DNA of 64,000 nucleotides from Polyangiaceae bacterium (lineage in GTDB: Bacteria; Myxococcota_A; Polyangia; Polyangiales; Polyangiaceae), in contig CBDCTZ010000016.1 of assembly GCA_965222375.1 (NCBI GenBank), positions 1,440,001 to 1,504,000 of the forward strand. The letters run 5' to 3'. The notes beneath the pieces are model-generated. The model did not search any database. It was not told the DNA's origin and saw only the letters and a program-made list of their open reading frames with translations. Positions 56,517 through 64,000 of the stretch are shown here, piece by piece. The position numbers were made by a program, and so were the translations under genes. Numbering within the stretch: position 1 is the stretch's first letter; each line of letters begins with the position of its first letter.

Positions 56517-58481
56517 ATGCCTGAGGTTGTGCCGCAAACGTCCGAGCTTCCCGCGCCCATTCCGTGGCTTGGCGGAGCGGGCCCCGTGACGCCCCTGGAT
56601 GCCACGCCGCCGGTGCCCGAGCTGCCCCAGTCGTCCTGCGGCAGCGGCTGCGCGTGCTCCTCGGGCACCAATCAGAGGGCTTCGAGCATCAACGCCAGCG
56701 TGGCGCCCGCCATGGCCACCGCCTCCTCGAGCGCCGCCAGCCGCTGGTTCAAGCGCTTCCGACCCAAGAAGCGCAAGCTGCCCGGGTCGGGCATTCCGGC
56801 GCGAAAGGTCGTCCGCGTGCTCCATTGGGTACGACGGGTTGCCCAGGTCACCTTCCTGAGTCTGTTCCTGTACTTCCTGTTTCAGACGGCCTTCCGCGGC
56901 ACGTTCTCCGCGGAAGCTGGCGAACCCGTTCGCTTGCCCCTGCCCGTCGAAGCGTTTCTCCTTGCCGACCCTTTCGTGGCTGCGATGACGCTGCTCTCGA
57001 CTCACACGGTCTACCGAGGTTTGGCCTGGTCGCTCGGCGTCATCGCGCTGACATTGCTGTTCGGGCGAGTCTTCTGCGGCTGGATTTGTCCCTTCGGAAC
57101 GCTGCACCACTTCTTCGGTTGGATCTTTCCCAGTCGCTACTTGAAGGGGAACAGTCGCGTCGACGCCAACAAGACGCATTGGTGGCAGTCGGGGAAGTAC
57201 TACCTGACCTACGGCTTCTTGGGCGCAGCTCTGGCGGGCAGCGCCATTGGTGGCTTGATGGATCCAATCTGCGTTGCCATTCGCGCGATTGGGCTCGGCG
57301 TTTTGCCCGCGCTTCAGTATCTCGGGCTGCGCTCTGCAACGATGGCGGCGGACACCAACGTGCGCTCGCTTCAAATGGCCAGCGACAACACTCAGGACGT
57401 CCTGGCTCAGACCGTGTGGACCTCGAACCAGGCTTACTTCCATCAAACCTGGTTCATCGTTTTTTTCCTGATCGCGATTCTGTTCTTGAACCGCTTCATT
57501 CCACGCTTCTGGTGTCGCGCGCTCTGCCCTCTGGGTGCCTTCCTGGGCGTCATCGCGCGTTTCTCGCTTTTCGGGATGGAGAAGGACCACTCCAAGTGCA
57601 CGGACTGCAATCTCTGCCTCGTGCATTGCCAAGGCGCGGACAGCCCGCAGGGTGGCGTCAAACACCGCCAAGATGAGTGCCATATGTGCCTCAACTGTGA
57701 GGTGGCCTGTCCCGAGGACGTGATCAAGTTCCGCTTTTTGCCAAATCGCAGGAGCGAAATCGTCAAGCCGGACCTCACCCGGCGGACCGTCCTGGCTTCG
57801 ACGGCCGCAGGGGCGGTCGCGATTCCAGGCATGCGCATCGCGAACTGGCCGGACCGCGCCTACAGTGAAAAAGTCATTCGTCCCCCTGGTTCCGTGGAGG
57901 AGCGGGAGTTCTTGGAGCGCTGCATTCGCTGCGCCGAGTGCATGAAGGTGTGCCCGAACAATGCGCTTCACCCAGCCTTCTTCGAGGGTGGCATCGAAGG
58001 CCTGTGGACACCGATTTTGATCCCCCGCATCGGCTACTGCGAGTTTTCCTGTGTTCTGTGCGGTGATGTCTGTCCGACGGGTGCGATCCAGAAGATCAAC
58101 GAAAAGCAGAAAATGGGCATCGATCAGAAGCCCATCAGCATCGGCACGGCCATGTACGACCAAGGGCGTTGCCTGCCTTGGGCCATGGCTACCCCCTGCA
58201 TCGTCTGCGAAGAGTTCTGCCCCACCAGCCCGAAAGCCATCTGGGCCGATGACTGGTTGGTCGCCAAGCGTGACGACAAGTACGAGGGTGGCGGGCACGC
58301 CAAGATGCTCAAGATCAAAGTCCAGCGCCCACAGGTCGATCCGTCCCTATGCGTCGGTTGTGGCGCCTGCGAGAAGGTCTGCCCCATCGTCGACAAGCCG
58401 GCGGTTTATGTAACCAACGCTGGCGAGACGCGATCCCGCACCAACGTCATTCTGTTGGAGAACACCAGCTACACGAGCTGA
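56517..58481 (+). CDS. Membrane polyferredoxin (NapH/MauN-like fused to NapG/MauM-like)
   Basis: 'GRVFCGWICPFG', 'RFWCRALCPLG', multiple CxxCxxCxxxCP motifs, 'IRPPGS..E.EFLERCIRC'. Confidence 0.9.
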   Translation: MPEVVPQTSELPAPIPWLGGAGPVTPLDATPPVPELPQSSCGSGCACSSGTNQRASSINASVAPAMATASSSAASRWFKRFRPKKRKLPGSGIPARKVVRVLHWVRRVAQVTFLSLFLYFLFQTAFRGTFSAEAGEPVRLPLPVEAFLLADPFVAAMTLLSTHTVYRGLAWSLGVIALTLLFGRVFCGWICPFGTLHHFFGWIFPSRYLKGNSRVDANKTHWWQSGKYYLTYGFLGAALAGSAIGGLMDPICVAIRAIGLGVLPALQYLGLRSATMAADTNVRSLQMASDNTQDVLAQTVWTSNQAYFHQTWFIVFFLIAILFLNRFIPRFWCRALCPLGAFLGVIARFSLFGMEKDHSKCTDCNLCLVHCQGADSPQGGVKHRQDECHMCLNCEVACPEDVIKFRFLPNRRSEIVKPDLTRRTVLASTAAGAVAIPGMRIANWPDRAYSEKVIRPPGSVEEREFLERCIRCAECMKVCPNNALHPAFFEGGIEGLWTPILIPRIGYCEFSCVLCGDVCPTGAIQKINEKQKMGIDQKPISIGTAMYDQGRCLPWAMATPCIVCEEFCPTSPKAIWADDWLVAKRDDKYEGGGHAKMLKIKVQRPQVDPSLCVGCGACEKVCPIVDKPAVYVTNAGETRSRTNVILLENTSYTS

Positions 58482-58487
58482 TGGGGC

Positions 58488-59495
58488 TCAGCCGACGATG
58501 GCTCGGCAGCGCGCCACGACCGCGTCCGGGCTCGCAGTCACGGCGCACATCAGGAAGCGCTCGGCTCGCGGAGAGACGCGCAGCACTTCTTGATATGTGG
58601 CTGCGTCCGCACCCCAGAGAATCACGCTAACTCGGTGCGTCAGTTCGTCCGACAAGGCAGCGACCGCCGTGGGCCGGATGGTCGCGTTTGGGCAATCGAC
58701 GACCAAGACCACCTTGGACTTGGGCGAAGCTTCGAGCAGAAGGACCAGGTCTCGAACGCTCTGGATTGGCGCCACTTCAGCGCGATCGCCCATCAGCTTT
58801 TCGAAACTGAGCACGACTTCGCCAGAGCTTGTCGCAACTACGACGACGGGGACCGCCGTCGCTTCCTGCGCAGTGATTGGACGCGACGGTGGACGCACCC
58901 CCGGGCGTCGCGTCGACGCAAGAGTCGTGGATGGAGGCTTCGGGGGCCAGCCGGGCGGTGCCGGGTTAGCAGGGGATGGAAGTTCGGGCTCGCTGGGCTT
59001 GACCGGTGGCTCCGACACGAGCCCCAGCGTGCGCGCTGCACCGGCTGGGTATTGATCCGACCGCCAACCACCGCCGGGTGGCGTGTCCGCTCGTTGAGAA
59101 CTCGGTGTGAGCGCTACGCGTGTCAGTGGAACGGAGGCAGCCCGGGGTGCAGCGGGCGTGCTGCGGCGGCCAGTCGAGCCCGGCGTCGGAGTTACCGACC
59201 GACGCGGCATGCTTGCGCGTCGCGGTGTCGGGTGGCTCGAGAGCGCCTCTCGTTGCGCCGCGGAGTTGCGCAACTCCTGGAGCAAGCTCTCAGCGAGGGG
59301 ACCTCCCAGACCCTGCTCGATGGCATTGCGCAGCGGACCGTCTACGAACTCCACGAATGCGCTGCCCAGCCTCGGGATTTCGTCGTACTCCGACTCCTCG
59401 AGCGCACGCGCAACGAGTGCATCGCGCACCTCGGGTGACACGATCGCATCGAGGGTCTCGCAAACGAGTTGAGCTGCGGAGTTGGGCGGCGGCAT
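58488..59495 (-). CDS. Hypothetical protein (helical N-terminal domain, Pro/Arg-rich linker, degenerate receiver-like C-terminus)
   Basis: ORF 58488..59627; likely start at the ATG at 59495; C-terminal alpha/beta pattern 'VVVVAT...VVLVVD...VILWG'. Confidence 0.6.
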   Translation of the reverse strand: MPPPNSAAQLVCETLDAIVSPEVRDALVARALEESEYDEIPRLGSAFVEFVDGPLRNAIEQGLGGPLAESLLQELRNSAAQREALSSHPTPRRASMPRRSVTPTPGSTGRRSTPAAPRAASVPLTRVALTPSSQRADTPPGGGWRSDQYPAGAARTLGLVSEPPVKPSEPELPSPANPAPPGWPPKPPSTTLASTRRPGVRPPSRPITAQEATAVPVVVVATSSGEVVLSFEKLMGDRAEVAPIQSVRDLVLLLEASPKSKVVLVVDCPNATIRPTAVAALSDELTHRVSVILWGADAATYQEVLRVSPRAERFLMCAVTASPDAVVARCRAIVG

Positions 59496-59717
59496 GTCCG
59501 GCTTGCGGGGTCCCCAGAGTTTTCCGCTTTTGTGGCTTTGGCGCAATCGGTGCGTGGATGTTTCCGTCTGCCCTAACGCGCGCTCCGCGGCCGTACTCAC
59601 CGACACATCAGCTGACGGAATGACCATGTAGGTCCGTGTGCGCCGGGATCGCGCATTGCGAGGGGTGTGTCTGAATGGTATTCGACCTATCGGACTTGGA
59701 CCGCCCTTGGAGGACGA

Positions 59718-61205
59718 ATGCGGCGTACGGCCCCGGTATATCTTTTTCTGTTCGCTGTGGCCTGTGGAGGCAGTGATGGTGGCGACGGTACTGGCGGTAC
59801 AGGCTCCGCGGGGGCGCCCCTCGTCAGCGGACTTCGCATCAACGAGGTATCACTCTACCAAGCGGTGAAGATCCCGCTGGCGATCGATGGCAACGCGATC
59901 TTGGACCGGCCTGCACCGGTGGTCCAGGGCCGTGATGCGTTGATGCGCGTGTTCGTGCAGCCCGAGCCTGGCTGGCAACCTCGGGAGGTTGTGGTTCGCC
60001 TCGATATGCTCAATACCCAGGGTGGGAACGCGCCTCAGGAAATCCGGAAGATGATCGGCACAGCCTCCACTGAAGGCGACTTCCAGAGTGCGTTCAATTT
60101 CGACATTCCCGGCGCCCAATTGACTGGGGATGCCGGCTACTCGGTGTCAGTTCACGAGGTCACTCCAGATGCCCTGGGCGCCCCCTCAGCGGGCGCCCGT
60201 TTTCCGGCCGAGGGCGCCGTGGCAATGAACGCGGCGTACTCGGGGCCCGCCCTCAAGATGGTGCTCGTGCCGGTTCAGTATTTCGCGGACAACTCGGGGC
60301 GGCTGCCGGACATGAGTCCCGAGCAGATCGAGTTGTATCGCCGCACCATGTTTGATGTGTATCCCACGCCGCAGGTGGAAATCCGCGTACGCGAGCCCCT
60401 ATTCTACTCCCAGGCCGTCAACCCGAGGGACGACAGCATGGCCAACTTGCTGCAGTCTGTGCTGTACACACGAGAGCAAGACATCGCTGCGGGCAACGCA
60501 AGCGTCGACGAGTACTACTACGGTTTAGTCGTGCCCAAGCCGACCTTTGGCCAATATTGCGGCCCAGGATGCATCCTCGGACTGACCTTCCAAACGGGTC
60601 AAGGCGGACCTGGCGCAGAGTCTTACCTACGCGGGAGCGTCGGCATTGGATACAAAGGCCCCGACGCAGCCCAGACTTTTATTCACGAGATCGGTCATGC
60701 CCATGGGCGCAGCCACGCACCTTGTGCGCCGGGAAATCAAATCAACTCCTTGGATCCGGCTTTCCCCCATGCAGGCGCAACGATCGGGACATGGGGTTAC
60801 AGCCTCAGCGCTCACCAGTTGTACGATCCTCAGGGGCAAGCGCGGGACTTCATGAGCTACTGCTCGCCTAGCTGGGTTAGCGACTACACCTACCGCGCGT
60901 TGTTTGACAAGATCGCCTTCGTGAACGGCGCGCAGTACTTTCACGCAGCGAAGCCGAAGCAGCGCTTTCAAGCCATCAGCATCCGTGGCAACGGCGAAAT
61001 CAGCCGAGGCCAACGCTTCGACATCCAGGGCACGCCCTCCGGCAAGACCGAGGTCGTGGAAGTCATCGATGCGTCAGGAAAAACCCGCCAGGTTACGGGC
61101 TATTTCCACCCCTACAATCACCTGCCCGGCGGCATGCTGCTCGTGCCCCAGCCCCCGCAAAGTGCTCGAAGTCTGCATCTGCGTGGCAAGGCCTTGGCCC
61201 TTTAG
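59718..61205 (+). CDS. Lipoprotein metzincin metallopeptidase (M66-like)
   Basis: RBS GGAGG; 'FAVAC' lipobox; 'HEIGHAHGRSH' plus Met-turn 'DFMSY'. Confidence 0.88.
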   Translation: MRRTAPVYLFLFAVACGGSDGGDGTGGTGSAGAPLVSGLRINEVSLYQAVKIPLAIDGNAILDRPAPVVQGRDALMRVFVQPEPGWQPREVVVRLDMLNTQGGNAPQEIRKMIGTASTEGDFQSAFNFDIPGAQLTGDAGYSVSVHEVTPDALGAPSAGARFPAEGAVAMNAAYSGPALKMVLVPVQYFADNSGRLPDMSPEQIELYRRTMFDVYPTPQVEIRVREPLFYSQAVNPRDDSMANLLQSVLYTREQDIAAGNASVDEYYYGLVVPKPTFGQYCGPGCILGLTFQTGQGGPGAESYLRGSVGIGYKGPDAAQTFIHEIGHAHGRSHAPCAPGNQINSLDPAFPHAGATIGTWGYSLSAHQLYDPQGQARDFMSYCSPSWVSDYTYRALFDKIAFVNGAQYFHAAKPKQRFQAISIRGNGEISRGQRFDIQGTPSGKTEVVEVIDASGKTRQVTGYFHPYNHLPGGMLLVPQPPQSARSLHLRGKALAL

Positions 61206-61296
61206 GCCTACATTTTTTTACCTGGGGCGGGAGGCTTGGTGGGTCCTGCAATCCGCGCTTGCGTGAGAGCGGCGCCGAGATGAATATGCGAGACCG

Positions 61297-62703
61297 ATGA
61301 GTGGCATCAGCGAAAGCCGCGCTTCGGCCATGAAAGTGGCCAAGTGGCTGGTCGACAAGGGCTCCCCGGACCAGGCGGTGACCCTTCTATCGGCCTGGGC
61401 GGCGGCGGGCCCCAACGACAGTGAAGGGCAGCAACTTCTCGCTGAGGCGTTGCGCGTCGATCCTAGCTCGCGCGTCGCCCAGATGGCTTTCGAGCGCATG
61501 GAGGGCATGGAGGGGGATCACGGCGATTTGACCGCTGCGATCGCTGAATACAATCAGGAGCGGCTGAGCAAGCTCGAGTCCGAGATGACGCGCCCGGTGT
61601 TCCGCCGGGCCCAGATGGGCTTCAACAACAACATCAAGTTTCAGGAAAAGGTCTTCCACGTACAGACGGAAGACTCCGGGCTTGATCAACCCCACATCAT
61701 CACGCATCTGTTCGCGGATGGTGGACGCATCATCAAGAGCAACAAGCGCTCCTACGAGGAACACGTTAGCCGCGGGGACATCGCCGACTTCGTACGGAGT
61801 CTGATGAAAGCTCAGCACCTGGAAATGGTGCTGGCACTGCGTGAAGGCAAATTCGACGAGGTCATTGCTGGTCGCGCCGTGGGTGGGATGGACCTGCTGA
61901 CCGAGCCGCCGAACGTGGAGGCCATTCGCAAACTGGCCAGCAAGAAAGAGGCGCGCGCATCCGCAGCCCCCGCTGCGCAGTCCGCATCTCAATCGCCGGT
62001 GCAGGTCCCGGTTCCGTCGAAATCTCCTGCGGCTCCAACTGACGAAGGGCCGGTTCACTTCCGCTTACATGTTATGCGCAGCCTCACCGGCGGGCCGGAG
62101 CGCTACGAGCCCCATGGCAGCGACGCGATTCTCGGCCGAGAAGGCAGCATTTCCCTAGACGGGGAGAAGTTCGCTCACCCTCGTGAAGCGCTGATCAAGT
62201 TCGTCAAGGGCAAGCTCTGGCTACATGACTTGGAGGATGGAAACGGGGTGTTTCTCCGTATCCGCACACCTGTAGAGCTGGATTTGGGTGATGAATTCGT
62301 CGTCGGCGACCAGCTCGTCCGCGTAGAAAAGAACCCGCTGCCGGATGACGGACCCGACCCGGATCCGACCTACTTCTACTCGTCTCCGAAGTGGCCGTCG
62401 TCGTTCCGCGTCGTGCAGATCCTCGAAGGAGGCGCTGCCGGTGCTGCGGTGGTGGCTCGCGGCAACACGCTGCAAATCGGTTCCGCGATCGGCGATCTCG
62501 TGTTTCCGGACGATCCTCTGGTCGGCGCTCAGCACTGCCTGGTGGAAGAGCAAGCTGGCAGCGTCGTGCTCACAGACCTCGGGTCCCGCACGGGTGTGTT
62601 CGTGCGCATTCGCGGCGAACAAGAGATCGCCCACGGCGACGAAATCCTCGTCGGACGCACGCGCCTGGTCGTCGACCTGAGCCCGTCCAAGAAAGCCAGC
62701 TGA
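61297..62703 (+). CDS. Protein with TPR-like N-terminus, central 'FHVQTED' domain and two FHA-like domains
   Basis: 'GFNNNIKF..KVFHVQTEDSG...HIITHLFADGGRII'; 'DLEDGNGVFLRI'; 'DLGSRTGVFVRI'. Confidence 0.85.
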   Translation: MSGISESRASAMKVAKWLVDKGSPDQAVTLLSAWAAAGPNDSEGQQLLAEALRVDPSSRVAQMAFERMEGMEGDHGDLTAAIAEYNQERLSKLESEMTRPVFRRAQMGFNNNIKFQEKVFHVQTEDSGLDQPHIITHLFADGGRIIKSNKRSYEEHVSRGDIADFVRSLMKAQHLEMVLALREGKFDEVIAGRAVGGMDLLTEPPNVEAIRKLASKKEARASAAPAAQSASQSPVQVPVPSKSPAAPTDEGPVHFRLHVMRSLTGGPERYEPHGSDAILGREGSISLDGEKFAHPREALIKFVKGKLWLHDLEDGNGVFLRIRTPVELDLGDEFVVGDQLVRVEKNPLPDDGPDPDPTYFYSSPKWPSSFRVVQILEGGAAGAAVVARGNTLQIGSAIGDLVFPDDPLVGAQHCLVEEQAGSVVLTDLGSRTGVFVRIRGEQEIAHGDEILVGRTRLVVDLSPSKKAS

Positions 62704-63134
62704 CGACACGGAACATCTTGGTCTTGTGAGGCCTCGGCAACTGGAAGGCTTCCATTAACCGCCAAGGCGCCAAGGCCGCCTTTCCGTTCGGAAGCACGGC
62801 TTGGCACCCGACGTGGTCATGATTCAACACATCTCTGTGCGTTGGCGGCGGACTCTCTGTTTGGGGGAAGCTGCACCGCAGCTGGACCGGCTGGGTTGGT
62901 CGTTAGTGGTTTTGGGGGGATGTGCCGGAAGCTGCCGTCATCGACGGTTCGGCGCGGTGCGCGGTGGCGCGTCACCTGCCCGGCAACCGGTTGGAACTCC
63001 CTTGCGCCGGTCGTCGGTCTGCGCGTGTTGTTACGCCCGTGGAGCACGCGGTGCCTTCGCGGCAGGGGCCAGAGAGGGGGCCGCCGCAGCGGGGGCGGCG
63101 GCGGCAGACTCAGGTCGTTCTGCAGAAACCCCGG

Positions 63135-64000
63135 CTACGGGACCAGGATTGTAAGCGCCTTCCGCACGAGGACAACCAAGTGTTCGGCGCCTTGGCTGCG
63201 AGTATCGCCTCGCCTCGCCAGCGCAGCCACGGCCTTCTTCGACTCTGCGCGCCGAAAGCCCATGTTCGTCAGCGCGCGCAGAAGCTTGGATTCCACCTCA
63301 GCCGAGTTCACGCGCGCTTGGCCACGCACTGCGCCACTCGGCAACACCTCCGACCTCAGGTCGCCAGCTCCGCCGGCCACGTGACAGAGAGAACTGAGCG
63401 ACTCACAGGCGCAGAGTTCACGAGCGTCGTCCACGTGGCAACTAGGTGCGTCGCGTGACGCGGCTTCGTCGGAATCACTTGGACGGCAGCCCAGCGCGTC
63501 GCGTGCCGCGGATTCGTCGGCGCTACTCGGGCGAGAGTTCAGCCGGTCAATTTCCGCGGGTAGGTGGGCGGTACTTGGACGACAGCTCAGGGCTTCGACT
63601 GACGCGGGTGGGTAAGCGTCGCCCCCGACACTGGTTTGCTTAGGCGCGCGGGGTGATTCGCAGTCCAACCTCTGCTGGCGAAGGCGAATTGCGCCTCGCA
63701 CGGAATCTAGTTCGGCCGCCTCGTCGACGCCTGCGCCTCCGCCACAGTTGTCATCAGGCGCGCGGGGTGATTCGCAGTCCAACCTCTGCTGGCGAAGGCG
63801 AATTCTACTGTCGATGTACTTTCGTCCGAAGACCTTTTCGGCTTCGAACAAGTTGTGCGGGCCGCATAGCAGACGCCCATTGCACGTCGTGCCAGCGCCA
63901 CCACAGGCGCGCGGGGTCCAATGGTCGAGTTGCACAAACGCGCGCGCTCGGCAGCGCTCTGCGCTTGGCGACACGTAGCTGCACTGCTCGCCATCGCGCT
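63135..64000 (-). CDS. HNH endonuclease-family protein with RuvA C-terminal-like domain, 5' end outside the window
   Basis: 'RDGEQCSYVSP..ERC...QLDHWTPRACGG...NGRLLCGPHN'; 'LLRALTNMGFRRAESKKAV...LVRKAL'. Confidence 0.8.
   Translation of the reverse strand, partial: RDGEQCSYVSPSAERCRARAFVQLDHWTPRACGGAGTTCNGRLLCGPHNLFEAEKVFGRKYIDSRIRLRQQRLDCESPRAPDDNCGGGAGVDEAAELDSVRGAIRLRQQRLDCESPRAPKQTSVGGDAYPPASVEALSCRPSTAHLPAEIDRLNSRPSSADESAARDALGCRPSDSDEAASRDAPSCHVDDARELCACESLSSLCHVAGGAGDLRSEVLPSGAVRGQARVNSAEVESKLLRALTNMGFRRAESKKAVAALARRGDTRSQGAEHLVVLVRKALTILVP
63642..63804. repeat. Exact 49-bp direct repeat, two copies 114 bp apart, inside the HNH gene
   Basis: AGGCGCGCGGGGTGATTCGCAGTCCAACCTCTGCTGGCGAAGGCGAATT at 63642-63690 and 63756-63804; encodes IRLRQQRLDCESPRAP twice. 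Confidence 0.9.

Noticed and set aside
56376..58298. 640-aa antisense ORF (similarly 34852..36333, 16649..17848, 37152..38192)
   Set aside because: Shadow ORFs opposite well-supported genes, expected from high-GC codon bias; no recognisable motifs
63642..63804. 49-bp repeat pair as a mini-CRISPR
   Set aside because: Only two copies, a 65-bp spacer, in frame within a CDS, and no cas genes

Overview
High-GC myxobacterial-type DNA (inferred Polyangiaceae/Sorangiineae-like, from FHA-sigma54 activators, Ser/Thr kinases with PEGA domains, Gly-rich lipoproteins and a myxosortase-like protease). About 50 genes are present. Core genes include recJ, mlaF/mlaD, pdxJ, acpS, nnr, birA, nadC, psd, prfA and rpmE; they are interspersed with envelope and signalling genes. 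No rRNA, tRNA or CRISPR array was seen. The best candidate for an undescribed system is 3333-10770. It holds an operon for an FHA-sigma54 activator, a membrane Ser/Thr kinase, a TPR protein and an FN3/carbohydrate-binding lipoprotein. Next to it are two divergent polysaccharide-lyase-like lipoprotein genes, each behind a -24/-12 sigma54 motif, with one palindrome centred between the motifs. Both target genes are frameshifted. Other highlights: (1) a sigma54-preceded operon of three beta-propeller lipoproteins plus a beta-barrel; (2) a sigma54-preceded ECF sigma factor; (3) a collapsed GAF...REC kinase pseudogene facing a REC+Hpt pair; (4) eukaryote-like lipid enzymes (HACL2/ILVBL-like and alkyl-DHAP-synthase-like); (5) a Cys-rich ferritin-like lipoprotein; (6) an HNH-RuvA-C protein with an internal duplication at the right edge. 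All family calls are from motif recognition by eye; no database searches were run.
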